Shown here in pieces: positions 50,670-61,821 of a DNA stretch of 64,000 bases. Where the stretch lies: NCBI RefSeq assembly GCF_006345805.1, contig NC_043019.1:3658001-3722000 (forward strand), given 5' to 3'. Every line of letters begins with the position of its first letter. Position 1 is the stretch's first letter. Source of the stretch: Octopus sinensis. Lineage: Eukaryota. The notes beneath the pieces were generated by a model that saw nothing but the letters and a program-made list of their open reading frames with translations, made no database searches and was not told where the DNA came from. The position numbers and the translations under genes are program-made.

Positions 50670-50759
50670 CGATCACATCTCCTTCAAACCCCTACGTAGT
50701 CAATTCTCCTGCTGCTGCAGCTCAGGATCCTTACGCTGCCATGGGGTTTCATATTGCAG
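50670..50759 (+). CDS. pum: pum exon (90 nt, phase 1-1): AITSPSNPYVVNSPAAAAQDPYAAMGFHIA
   Basis: C/T-rich tract then cccgcag acceptor, GCAG|gttag donor; matches PUM1 PNPYIISAAPPGTDPY. The AG at 50639-40 would give the wrong phase. Confidence 0.88.
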
Positions 50760-50972
50760 GTTAGACCATTTAGTTTTTGTTGTTAATGCTGCTATAACAG
50801 TTATTGCTATTTCACTTAACTGCACAACATCTACCGACTGGAATCTGTAATACATGTTGACTGCTGCTTCTTCTGGCCTCTCTCTCTCTCTTTTTTTTTT
50901 TTTTTTTTTGTTAATAATACATTACTATATAATCCCTCTAGTAGTTAGCTGCTTAACGTTCTTACATCTTAA

Positions 50973-51560
50973 CCCTTTCGTTACTGTATTTATTTTGAGA
51001 TGCTCTGTGTTTCTTTCAGTTATTTTAACCCTTTAGCATTTAAACCGGCCATATCCGGCCAAAAGTATTCTGCCTGTTTTATGGTCAAACTCGCCAGATC
51101 TGGTCTCTCTGTTTTAAAAATTAACAGCTACCTCATCAAAATCTCATAGCTACAAGATTAATGAATGATTAATTCAAAACAATGTGGATGAAGAAGCATT
51201 AATTTTGGCAGAATAATGCGAACACTAAAGGGTTAAATATTACAAAGAATTTAGTAAAATAACTTAGTTATCATTCAGCTAGTGTTAGGAACGTAAATTG
51301 TGACTAAGATTTGGTGTAAGATTTTAATCCAAAACTTATGAAAACAAAACATTTGTACCTCAGAGCCGGTTTCAGCCAGGTTGCTATCAAAAAGGTTAAA
51401 TATAACAAAAGAATTTAGTAAAATAAGTTATCATTCAGCTAGTGCTAGGAACGTAAATTGTGACTAAGGTTTGGTGGAATATTTTAATTCAAAACTTACA
51501 AAAACAAGACATTTTACCACAGAGCCAGAGCCGGTTTTGGCTGGGTTAGTAACAAAAGGG
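50973..51560 (+). mobile_element. MITE family 1 with duplicated right half and a nested family-2 MITE (51029-51232)
   Basis: TTAA at 50969, 51025, 51233, 51396 and 51561. Confidence 0.85.
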
Positions 51561-52541
51561 TTAAAGTTGACGATGTCAACTGTCAAAATAACTAAAATGC
51601 TGTAAACTGCATGGACTCATTTTTTTGTTTCTTCTCTTTCTCTCAACTGACAAAAAAAAATTTTAAACTGAAGCATTGCATTGGAACTTGCTTGGATGTA
51701 ACAGAAAGAACCAAAAAAAAAAAAAATTTTTTTTTTTGTTTTGTAATCTAGATGTAATTTAGTAACGATGAGATATTTTTTTATATTTATATTCTTCCCT
51801 CAAATTTTTCCCAAAGAAAGAAAGATGAATGAAAAACAAAAGACAGCCCACAATAAAGCAATAGTTTATTTATCACATTGCTTCCTCACTCATCTGATTT
51901 GTAAAAGCTCCAATTAACATTGATTGCTACTTCTATGTGTGTATGTATATATATATACATATATATATGCACACACATACACACAAACTATATAGCTAGT
52001 TTGCTTGTTTTCCGCTAATTAGTAGCAGCAAAATTTCTCTTTTGCAAATTTATTACTAATTGCTTTTTTTTTTCTTGGTATTTAAATTTAACCTTGCAGT
52101 AGTTTAAAAATTTAAACTTTATTTTTTTACAATTTCATAAAATGAATGTTTTTTTTGTTCATTGCATGCTGTAAGACTACCATTACTAATTCTTTTTTTT
52201 ATTTACTAATTTTCATGTTAATTGAATAACACTTATTTGATCCATTAGTTTTTATTGAATAATATTTAAGTATTAAGAATTTTTAATATGGTTTATTTTG
52301 GTTGTGGCCATATTCCCCTGAATCTCTCTCTAGTAAACTGATGTGTTTACTAATTGGAAAAAGCCATTCTAATGAGCTCGTTACATTGTATCTTGCCCTT
52401 TGTCATAGCTTGTACTTATACAGTAAAAGAGAAAATATTCCAAATGTCTCAAATAGATGACATTCAGGAAAATTCTTAAAAGGTTTCAATTAGTAAAATT
52501 TGAAAAGATTACTGTTAAAAATTTGATATGTTGATGTAGAG

Positions 52542-53097
52542 CATTGGTCATCAACTGGGGGTCTGTATGACCATCGGTGGGGGTCCGCATAAGATTTTGT
52601 AAAGGTTTGTGCAATAAATTGGTTATACTTACATTTAATGAATTTTTTGGGGGAATTTCTAATATTTAATTCTAAAAATATGGTAGGATTTTTTTAAATG
52701 TTGATTGACAACTGTGATTGTCACACATCGATGACGGGTCAATACCCAGAAACTCGAGTCCGTGTGTATCATAAGTTGAAGACGTGAAGGATGGCTTCCC
52801 TTTGCAAATACTGATAGGGCACAGAAAGTGTGCCTGAAGCCAGATGGAGGAGGTGTCCTCCTGGGGCTACAACAGTGGTGGTGCCCCAGCATGGCCGCGG
52901 GCTTCGAGCTAAAACATTTTTAAGGATTTAAGGAAACAATTGGGGCTGGGTACAGCTCACTGGTGGCTGACCAGCTCCTGTCAAACTGTTCAACCCTTGC
53001 CAGCATAGAAAATGTATAATGAATGGCTATAAGGGTCCACTTGAGTAAAATAGGAATGAAAGGGGTACATAGGTAAAAAAATGCTTGAGTATCACTG
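52542..53097. mobile_element. hAT-type MITE with internal insertions
   Basis: CATTGGTCATCAAC / GAGTATCACTG termini; 8-bp TSD atgtagag / atctagag (NTCTAGAN-like target). Confidence 0.75.
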
Positions 53098-54425
53098 ATC
53101 TAGAGATTCAAGGGTAAGAGGTATTTCTGAAAGGGTTTGAACTTGCATCCTGTTCCCTTAGATTATCTAGTGTTATTGTGTCTGGTTGAGTTGGTGCTTG
53201 TGTTTAATCAGAATGCCAAGACATTCTTATGATTGATAAAAATAGCAGGGTATAGTTTGAAGGGTTTAAGGGTAGAGGCATTACAGTGTATGGGTATTTT
53301 GATTTCAATTTTGCTTCTTCATTAACACTTTGGTTTCTAATTAAGAAACAGCTTGATAATTCTATGTTGGGAGAAATGGAACAAAGAAAAGAATAAAGTC
53401 GACTGTCAGAATTGTGTTATTCTACAAGTTGTTCTTGCTGGTATAATGGCACTTCTTTCTTGCTAGTTGTAGAAAAGTAAAGTTCAAAGGGATTTAAAAC
53501 GAAGTGGATTGTCTTGGTATAGCCCGTGGAGAGCAGATCAAACGGTCAGTTAAAGCGACATGGTCAAATTGCTGCTCTGACTATTGAATTGTACTTTTGA
53601 GCAAGATACACAACTGTTTCATTTCTCACTGTAGGAAGAGAATCTCATAAGAAAAAAAAAAAATATTCCCTAGTGTTTCAATACAGTGGGTTGTAAATAA
53701 ATTTGTCATATCTGTATTGCATTTAGTCTTATCCGTGTTGAATTTGGTCCCAGAAGGGCATTTTCAACAACGTTTGATGAGGATTGAACTGATTTATTTC
53801 AATGTCATTTAAACCAACCAAGATATTCCACCTGCTTTATGTTCAAACTGGCTGGATCTGGCCTCTCACACTATTCCTACGATAGTTTTAAAAATTAAGT
53901 TGCCTCATCAAAATATCAGTTACAAGATAAAATATGATTAATTCAAAACAATGTGAATAAATAAGCATTACTTTTGACAGAATATAATGTGAATGCTTAA
54001 GGGTTAATAATTAAGATAGGCTTATCAAGTTAAATGAAAGGCAACCTAGGAGGTTAGTGTATAGATATCACTATTCATAACCCATGTGTTGGTTCTAGTG
54101 GTAATTATTGAGCTGTCATCCTTGTGCTGTTATGATATTAAAGTGCCTAGTCACATATTTTGTTTACATTTAAGTCTTTCTGCTACACACCCTTAGTATC
54201 TCAACATGGGCACGTGAGTGGATCCTGATGGATCGTTAAGTAACAGTTCCTATTCCAAGCTGCCGAAATTGCCCTCATGGGTCCAATTTCTGACTCCATG
54301 TATTTATTTCTTCATAAACTACTATGCATGTATGGAAAAATAGATTATATGAAGTAACTCAAAATAATTTTTGTTTCGGTTACATCACCAAAATAAATGG
54401 GAAAAATAGATTATATGAACTTTAA

Positions 54426-54645
54426 CCCTTTGGCATTCAGATTATTCTGTCAAATGTAAAGCTTATGTATTCACACCATGTAAAATTAATCTTGCATCAT
54501 TTCATGGCTTTGAGATTTCAATGATGTGATTCTTTATTCTTAAAATGACACAGTAATGTAGCTATGAATGACTATATCTGACTAGTTTGAACATAAAATA
54601 GGTAGAATATTTTGGCCGGATATGGCCAGTTTAAACACTAAAGGG
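54426..54645. mobile_element. MITE family 2
   Basis: CCCTTTGGCATT..ACACTAAAGGG with TTAA. Further degraded copies lie near 7.6/8.3, 12.1, 17.3, 23.4, 27.7, 28.4, 53.8, 60.1-60.6 and 61.2 kb. Confidence 0.8.
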
Positions 54646-54958
54646 TTAAATGATTTTTGTTTTAGAGACATGACCAAAATATTTAATATTTCCTTAAGTT
54701 TCTGAAGGGGCTGGCACCGTTGGAACTACACTATATATTTAACTATCATTTTTGTTTATAAATTGTTTAAATAAACATTTAAATTTCTGTGACACATTGT
54801 GATAAAAAAACAATATTAAAAACTTCTCAGTTTTCATATTAAATTGCGGTCAAGAAATTAAAATGGCACAGTTTTCTATAAAAAAAAAATTATATATGAA
54901 AATTGATAAATTGTATTGTGAAATACTAGTATTGATTGATAGCTTGCTTTGATTTCAG

Positions 54959-55027
54959 CTACTGAAGGCACATATGCTGCCCACAGAGAGAGCTCTGGTG
55001 TTGAACACCAGCACTTCAGCTTACAAG
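54959..55027 (+). CDS. pum: candidate pum cassette exon (69 nt, phase 1-1): ATEGTYAAHRESSGVEHQHFSLQ
   Basis: ttgctttgatttcag acceptor, CAAG|gtactg donor, open in the required phase, GC-richer than its flanks. No homology recalled. Confidence 0.6.
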
Positions 55028-55265
55028 GTACTGACAATTTTTCAATTGAATTTAAAATAATTCCAAGCAAGGAAAAATCTGTATATTTGCTGCATTGTTA
55101 GGTTTTTTTTTTTTTTTTTAGCTCTTGCAAATCATTAATTAGGCAAATCAGGGCAATTACAATTATTTGTGTTGTACACAAATGGTGCAGTTTTGTTTTA
55201 AATTCTCTTCGTTTGTGAAAACCTACTTTTACATATCAATATTTATATATATATATATATATATA

Positions 55266-55663
55266 TCTCTTTTACTCTTTTACTTGTTTCAGTCATTTGA
55301 CTGCGGCCATGCTGGAGCACCGCCTTTAGTCGAGCAAATCGACTCCGGGACTTATTCTTTGTAAGCCCAGTACTTATTCTATCGGTCACTTTTGCCGAAC
55401 TGCTAAGTGACGGGGACGTAAACACACCAGCATTGGTTGTCAAATCAATGCTAGGGGGACAAGCACAGACACACAAACATACACACACATACATATATAC
55501 AACAGGCTTCTTTCAGTTTCCGTCTACCAAATCCACTCACAAGGCATTGGTCAGCCTGGGGCTATAGCAGAAGACACTTGCCCAAGGTGCCACGCAGTGG
55601 GACTGAACCTGGAACCATGTGGTTGGTTAACAAGCTACTTACCACACAGCCACTTCTGCGCCT
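55266..55663 (-). mobile_element. SINE family A, full length
   Basis: As above. Further partial copies near 3.5, 6.65, 7.5, 14.4, 16.2, 41.4 and 61.5 kb. Confidence 0.85.
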
Positions 55664-55889
55664 GTTCATTAAAGATGTGTAAAAGTTCCCCAGCTTCCTG
55701 CCTAATATTAAATTTTGTTTGTTCAGTAGTTTGATAAAACCCTGACATTTCAAAAGATAGACTGTATTAATTTTTTTTAATGTAGCTTGATGTTTTTCTT
55801 TATGGGAATAACATGTGCTTCTTTGACTCTGAAAAATATTTTAAAAATATCCTCTGCTGTTATATGAGAACAAGGAAATTATATAACAC

Positions 55890-56310
55890 TCGGTGACTGG
55901 CATCCGTTGCTAGTGGAGCGCTAAGAGTACCATACGAGTGAGATCGTTGCCAGAGCAACAAGCTGGCCTTCGTGCCGATGGCACGTTTCAGCACACCATT
56001 CGAGCGTGATTGTTACCACGTTGCCTTACTAGCACTTGTGCTGGTGGCATGTGGAACATTCGAGCGTGGCCATTGCCAGTACTGCCGGACTGGCCTCTGT
56101 GCAGGTGGCACGTAAAAAATACCATTTGGGCGTGGCCGTTGCCAGTACCACCAAACTGGCATGTGAAAGCACCCACTGCACTCTCGGAGTGGTTGGCGTT
56201 AGGAAGGGCATCCAGGTGAAGAAACTCTGCCAGATCAGATTGGAGTCTGGTTCGCCAGACCTCAGTCAAATCGTCCAACCCATGCTAGCATGGAAAGCGG
56301 ATGTTATACG
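55890..56310 (+). mobile_element. family C retroposon with a longer 5' part
   Basis: As above; degraded copies near 7.3, 14.3, 22.7, 38.4, 39.6, 43.9 and 60.3 kb. Confidence 0.75.
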
Positions 56311-56374
56311 ATTCCCTTACAGCTTACCTTTCCATAACTTCTACTGTATGTATGCTTGTGTGTGTATATGTAAA

Positions 56375-56668
56375 CTAGCAGTATCGCCCGGCGTTGCTCG
56401 GGTTTGTAAGGGAAATAACTATATAAGCATTTTTAGAGAGTTATAGCCAAAAAATAGCAAAAAATGCATTAAAAATGGAAAAAAATGATGGTAAATTTTT
56501 TTTTAATCGTAGACTCATCGTAGACGTGCGCTAATACCTAGAAGGGCTCGATATGAATCACGACTATAAGATACCCGCTTTTGGTTAAACTGCACCGCAA
56601 AATGTGGGAGTAGTTAGGAATCTAAATCGTAGGAGACAGACACACAACTTGACTTTTATATATAAAGA
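56375..56668 (-). mobile_element. non-autonomous Helitron family A
   Basis: a|CTAGCAGTATCGCCCGGCG..TATATAAAGA|t. Confidence 0.85.
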
Positions 56669-56772
56669 TATACTTTGTTAGATTAAGTGTTATTTATCAC
56701 ATAAATGACTGAATCTATATGTAAATGTTGAAAGAGATGTCATCGATGTATTTGTTCTGTGGTTTTGTTCAG

Positions 56773-57018
56773 GTCCTGCTGTCATCCATCCTCAATACTA
56801 CAGTGTACAAGCTCCTTGGTTATATCCAGCTAATTTGATTCAACAAGGGCAACAGCCCCACCCCGGGGCTGCTGCCCAGTCCGCTGCTGCTGCTGCACTC
56901 AGTCAGCAGCAACAACAACAACTATTGCGCGGTCAGTCTGGACGACCTGTTACTCCTCAACAGCAAAGTGAAAATATACCTGCATCTGCTCTTCAAGCAC
57001 AAGCATTACAGACTCCAA
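56773..57018 (+). CDS. pum: pum exon (246 nt, phase 1-1): GPAVIHPQYYSVQAPWLYPANLIQQGQQPHPGAAAQSAAAAALSQQQQQQLLRGQSGRPVTPQQQSENIPASALQAQALQTP
   Basis: ttgttcag acceptor, CCAA|gtaaga donor; matches PUM1 [24 protein letters not shown]..RPLTP. Confidence 0.96.
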
Positions 57019-57074
57019 GTAAGATATTCAAAGGTCTTGTTGTTATATCAGGAAATATTTAATTGGAGAAAAAT

Positions 57075-57995
57075 GTATTGTGTGTGACTATGGAGTGTAA
57101 ATGTTATACTGTCTGTTATATAGCAAGTCTCTTGTGTGACTGTATGCAGTGTAGATGTCATACTGTCTACACATCATATAGCAAGTCTCTTGTGTGACTG
57201 TATGCAGTGTAGATGTCATACTGTCTATATTATATAGCAAGTCTCTTGTGTGACTGTATGCAGTGTCAATGTCATACTGTCTATATTATATAGCAAGTCA
57301 CTTCTGTGACTGTATGCAGTGTCAATGTCATACTGTCTATATTATATAGCAAGTCACTTCTGTGACTGTATGCAGTGTCAATGTCATACTGTCTATATTA
57401 TATAGCAAGTCACTTCTGTGACTGTATGCAGTGTCAATGTCATACTGTCTATATTATATAGCAAGTCTCTTGTGTGACTATGGGGTGTCAATGTCATACC
57501 GTCTATATTATATAGCAAATCCTGTGTGGCCCTGTGTGGTCTAATAAAGCTGTATAGCAAATCTCTTGTGACTGTATGGAGTATGTTATACTGTCTCTAT
57601 TATATAGCAAGTCTGTGTGACTGTATGGAATGTAAATGTTTATATTACATAGCAAGTCTCTGACTTTTTGGGGTATATATATATTTCTTTACTACCCACA
57701 AGGGGTTAAACACAGAAGGGACAAACAAGGACAGACAAATGGATTGTCGATTACATCGACCCCCAGTGCATAACTGGTACTTATTTAATCGACCCCGAAA
57801 GGATGAAAGGCAAAGTCGACCTCGGCGGAATTTGAACTCAGAACATAACAGCAGACGAAATAAGGGTACGCATTTTGCCCGGCGTGCTAACGTTTCTGCC
57901 AGCTCGCCGCCTAAATGGGGTATAAATGTTATGCTGTCTGTATTATATAGCAAGTCTCTTGTGTGACTGTATGGAGTGTAAATGTTATACTTTGG
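57075..57995. repeat. 56-bp minisatellite, about 11-12 units, split by a SINE
   Basis: GCAAGTC recurs at 57181, 57237, 57293, 57349, 57405 and 57461. Confidence 0.9.
57683..57912 (-). mobile_element. SINE family B monomer inserted in the 56-bp minisatellite
   Basis: As above; tggggtata on both sides. Confidence 0.85.
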
Positions 57996-58072
57996 AGATC
58001 TGTTTTGAAACTTCTGTTTACTTATATTCTTCCTTCATTTTTTTTTTTTTTTTTTTACTTCAAACTTTTCAG

Positions 58073-58213
58073 ATGCTCCAGGTTACCAATTCTTGGCTAC
58101 TGCATATTATGATCAAAATGGACAGCTAGTGATGGGTAATCCTCGAGGGATCGGTACACCTGTCAGGTTGGTTTCACCTGCTCCAGTTTTGGTGAATACA
58201 GGTAATCAGCAAG
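58073..58213 (+). CDS. pum: pum exon (141 nt, phase 1-1): NAPGYQFLATAYYDQNGQLVMGNPRGIGTPVRLVSPAPVLVNTGNQQ (second conserved N-terminal motif)
   Basis: Poly-T then cttttcag acceptor, CAAG|gtaggt donor; matches PUM1 PGYPVLAPAAYYDQTGALV..GAPVRLVAPAPV. Confidence 0.97.
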
Positions 58214-58767
58214 GTAGGTGTTGATTAAATCTATTATATTTCATTTTGTTTTTATTTATATGTAATTTACATACTTGGATAATAAGTGGTAGAAGATTAT
58301 TGGATAATCACCTGAAGGGTTAATATTTCCACCACATATATACTTATAACCAAATTGACCACTTTGGCCAGTTGCAGTAGTGTGTTCTACTGTGTTACAA
58401 AACTCACAGGTATGACAAAATGGGTTTTGAGCTGATACTCCATCCCGACATGATCATGACCAGATTTTTCTGAAGTGATAAGATTGCCATTAATTTATCT
58501 GAATAGACAAAGTTTTGACTAGGTAGAACTTTGTAATTTAAAAAACAAAGTGAAAATAAATGTAAACATCGTCACAATCTTTCCAAATCTTGCTGCATTT
58601 CACATGGAATTTTTGGTCCTTCAAAGTCTTGTTGGTGTATAAGTTGGTTTATCTTTATCTTGGCTTTAGATTTTGTCTGCGAAATTTGACTTGTAAATGC
58701 TGGAAAATATGGTAATAAAAGGCTTGATGCTTCAATTAAGATGGCAGTATAAAAATAGTTATCCTCT

Positions 58768-59175
58768 AAGGTGGCGAGCTGGCAGAAACGTTAGCACGCC
58801 GGGTGAAATGTGTAGCTGTATTTCGCCTGCCGTTACGTTCTGAGTCCAAATTCCGCCGAGGTCGACTTTGCCTTTCATCCTTTCAGGGTCGATTAAATAA
58901 GTACCAGTTACGAACTGGGGGCGATGTAATCGACTTAATCCGTTTGTCTGTCCTTGTTTGTCCCCTCTGTGTTTAGCCCCTTGTGGGTAGTAAAGAAATA
59001 GGTATTTCGTCTGTCTGAGTTCAAATTCCGCCGAGGTCGACTTTGCCTTTCAACCTTTCGGGGTTGATTAAATAAGTACCAGTTATGCACTGGGGTCGAT
59101 GTAATCGACTTAATCCCTTTGTCTGACCTTGTTTTGTCCTCTGTGTTTAGCCCCTTGTGGTTAGTAAAGAAATAG
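58768..59175 (+). mobile_element. SINE family B dimer
   Basis: Junction GGTATTTC at 59001; 19-bp TSD gtataaaaatagttatcct (58747-65, 59176-94). Confidence 0.88.
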
Positions 59176-59433
59176 GTATAAAAATAGTTATCCTTTCCTA
59201 TGAAATGCTATTAATTAATTACGACATGAATTTTTCTTGAAATGTTACAGACAATGATGTTTTGTTGAAATGTTAGAAATAATTATCTAACATTAAAATG
59301 ATATAATTAAACTCGTTAATTAATAGGATTCAGATCATTTCACCAGGTTTATGTTGTGGTAGCATATCTGCAGATAGATGACATTGTTCAGTGAAGTTTC
59401 TGGATCAAGAGTTTTTATTTCCTTTATATGTTA

Positions 59434-59809
59434 CTAGCAGTATCGCCCGGCGTTGCTCGGGTTTGTAAGGGAAATAACTATAAAGCATTTTTAGAGTTAT
59501 AGCCAAAAAATGCATTAAAAATGGAAAAAAAAATTATGGTAAATTTTTTTTTAAATCGTTGACTCATCGTAGACATTTTTAGAGTTATTTCCCTTTATTT
59601 AAAAATATGCATTAAAATGGAAAAAATGATGGTAAATTATTTTAAAATCGTAGACTCATCGTAGACGTGTGCTAATACCCAGAAGGGCTCGATATGAATC
59701 ACGACTATAAGATACCCGGTTTTGGTTAAACTGCATCGCAAAATGTGGGAGTAGTTAAGAATCTAAATTGGAGTAGACAGACACACAACCGTTCTTTTAT
59801 ATATAAAGA
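59434..59809 (-). mobile_element. non-autonomous Helitron family A with an internal duplication
   Basis: Same termini. Confidence 0.85.
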
Positions 59810-59955
59810 TATATAATGTGGTGGCCTAATTTCTTCATAGATCAACCTATTCCCTCATGTGAAATGTTTTGTAATGTGATCAACTTATTTCTTTATGTGA
59901 AATATATTTTATATTGTAACCATGAATAACCTGTTGAATTTCTCCTTAAATTTAG

Positions 59956-60099
59956 GTAATGCTAATTCAATCAGCAATAACCAATTACGACTGTTGACCA
60001 CACAAGCCCAACAGGCTCAGACTCCTCCTGTCATTTATTCTAGTAACAACTCTAGCAACAGTGCCACACCCCAGCAAAACAATACCCTTGGTGGAAGTG
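59956..60099 (+). CDS. pum: pum exon (144 nt, phase 1-1): GNANSISNNQLRLLTTQAQQAQTPPVIYSSNNSSNSATPQQNNTLGGS
   Basis: tttag acceptor, GTG|gtgagt donor; Q/N/S-rich low-complexity composition and correct phase. Confidence 0.88.
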
Positions 60100-60604
60100 G
60101 TGAGTACTTTAACCCTTTAGAATTTCACTCTTTAACATGTAGATGACTCTGTCAAAGGTAATGCTTATCCCCCTATATCTCTAATCTTTCAAGCTTATCA
60201 ACTGGCACAAAGCCCTCCTCCTTTCCTATTGCGCCGTCTTCCCAAGTGAGGTGTCTTTGTTTTGTAAGTTACTTGGTGGTCCTATCAGTGCTGGTACCAT
60301 TTACAAAAAACACTCAGTACACTCTGTAAAGGGGTTGGTGCTAGGAGGGGCACCCAGCTGTAGGAACCAACCCAAAGCAGACGATTGGGTCCTGGTGCAC
60401 CTCCTGGCTTTACCAGATCCTGTCAAACTGTCCAGTCCGTGCCAACATGGAAACCAGAATGTTAGATGATGATTTGTGGTAAGGCTATGTGTGAGAGGCC
60501 AGATCTAGTCCATTTGAGCATAAAGCAGAATATTTCGGCTGGATATGGCTGGTTTAAATGCTAAGAGTTAAAACAACCTTATCTGGCCTATTATTCAGTT
60601 TTTA

Positions 60605-61172
60605 TAATAATAATAATAATAATAAAAAAAAACATTGTGTACAGTGCTCAGGTGCACTACAACTCATCTAAAGTGTATATATAATCAGGTGTAGTTTCGG
60701 CAGATTTCGGAAAGCATGAGGGCCTTAAAGGATGCAGTGTCATGGCAGTCAACAACTGACGCAGGCAGTTTGTTCCATGCTTCAGCAACTCTGAGCGTGA
60801 AAAAATGTTTCTGAAAGTCATGGGAGCTGTGTTGTTTTCTGACTTTGTAGGCATGTCCACGTGTGTTAGACACATGAAGATCAAAAAGGTGTTAAGTGTT
60901 GTTGTTGGTGAGGTGGTTGATAACTTTGTGGGTGTTTACCAAGTCCATCGCCAGACGCCGGAGCTTCAGTGAATCCATGCCCAGGGAAACAAGGCGCTCA
61001 GAGTATGGTAGGTGTCTGATGGAGGGTATGCGTTTGGTTGCACGTCTCTGAACAGATTCCAGGAGGTCAATGTTCTGAGCAAGATAGGGGTTCCAAACTG
61101 ATGATGCAAATTCCAAGTGTGGTCGTACCATAGCTGTATACAGTTTTAAATTATGTTCTAAGTGACCAGATA
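60605..61172 (-). mobile_element. CR1-type LINE 3' fragment, same family as the 7.7 kb copy
   Basis: VRPHLEFASSVWNPY..LESVQRRATK..YSERL..LRRL..TRGH..FFTLRVAEAWNKLP, with a (TAT)n tail at 60605-25. Confidence 0.9.
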
Positions 61173-61821
61173 TGGCCTCATACCTATCCTATAATGTCAT
61201 TCTGAGAATAAAGTTACATTAAAGAAATCTCAGACCCTAAGATAATGCTTGATTAAATTCAATATAATGCGAGTAAATGTGTTTTATATTTGTCAAACTA
61301 TTTGGATGCTAAGTGGTTTAATTCTGGCAAATTTTTCTTAGTCTCTCCCTTATAAATACATAGGTGTGGTGCCAGGTGTTTCAGTATATAAAAATGAATG
61401 TCAGTTGATGGTTCTAGCACATGCATTTCTTACATAGTTCTATCCCTCTCTCTCTTTCGGAGAGGCACTGAGCAGCTATACGCACACATACACACACAGC
61501 AGTAACTTCCACCTACCGAATTCAATCACAAAGCTCCGGTCGGCTCGGGGCTATACAGTAGGAGACACTTGCCCAAGGGTGGTGTGTAGTGGGACTGAAC
61601 CCGAGGCCATATGATTGGGAAGCAAGCTCCTTAACCACACAGCTGTGCTTGTGGAACATTTCACAAAATGCCCTGCTTCTAATGCGACTGCATTATTGAT
61701 GGGAGAGCAAATACCACCAGCTACAGAGCTGGATAAACATAACTCCACAATAATTAATAAAATATTGAAAAACCAGCCAGATTATCAGTTTTCCTCTACA
61801 TACATAACCCACTCCTGATAT

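Noticed and set aside
51852-51857. AATAAA as an intronic polyadenylation signal
   Set aside because: The hexamer is frequent in AT-rich DNA and there is no independent support.
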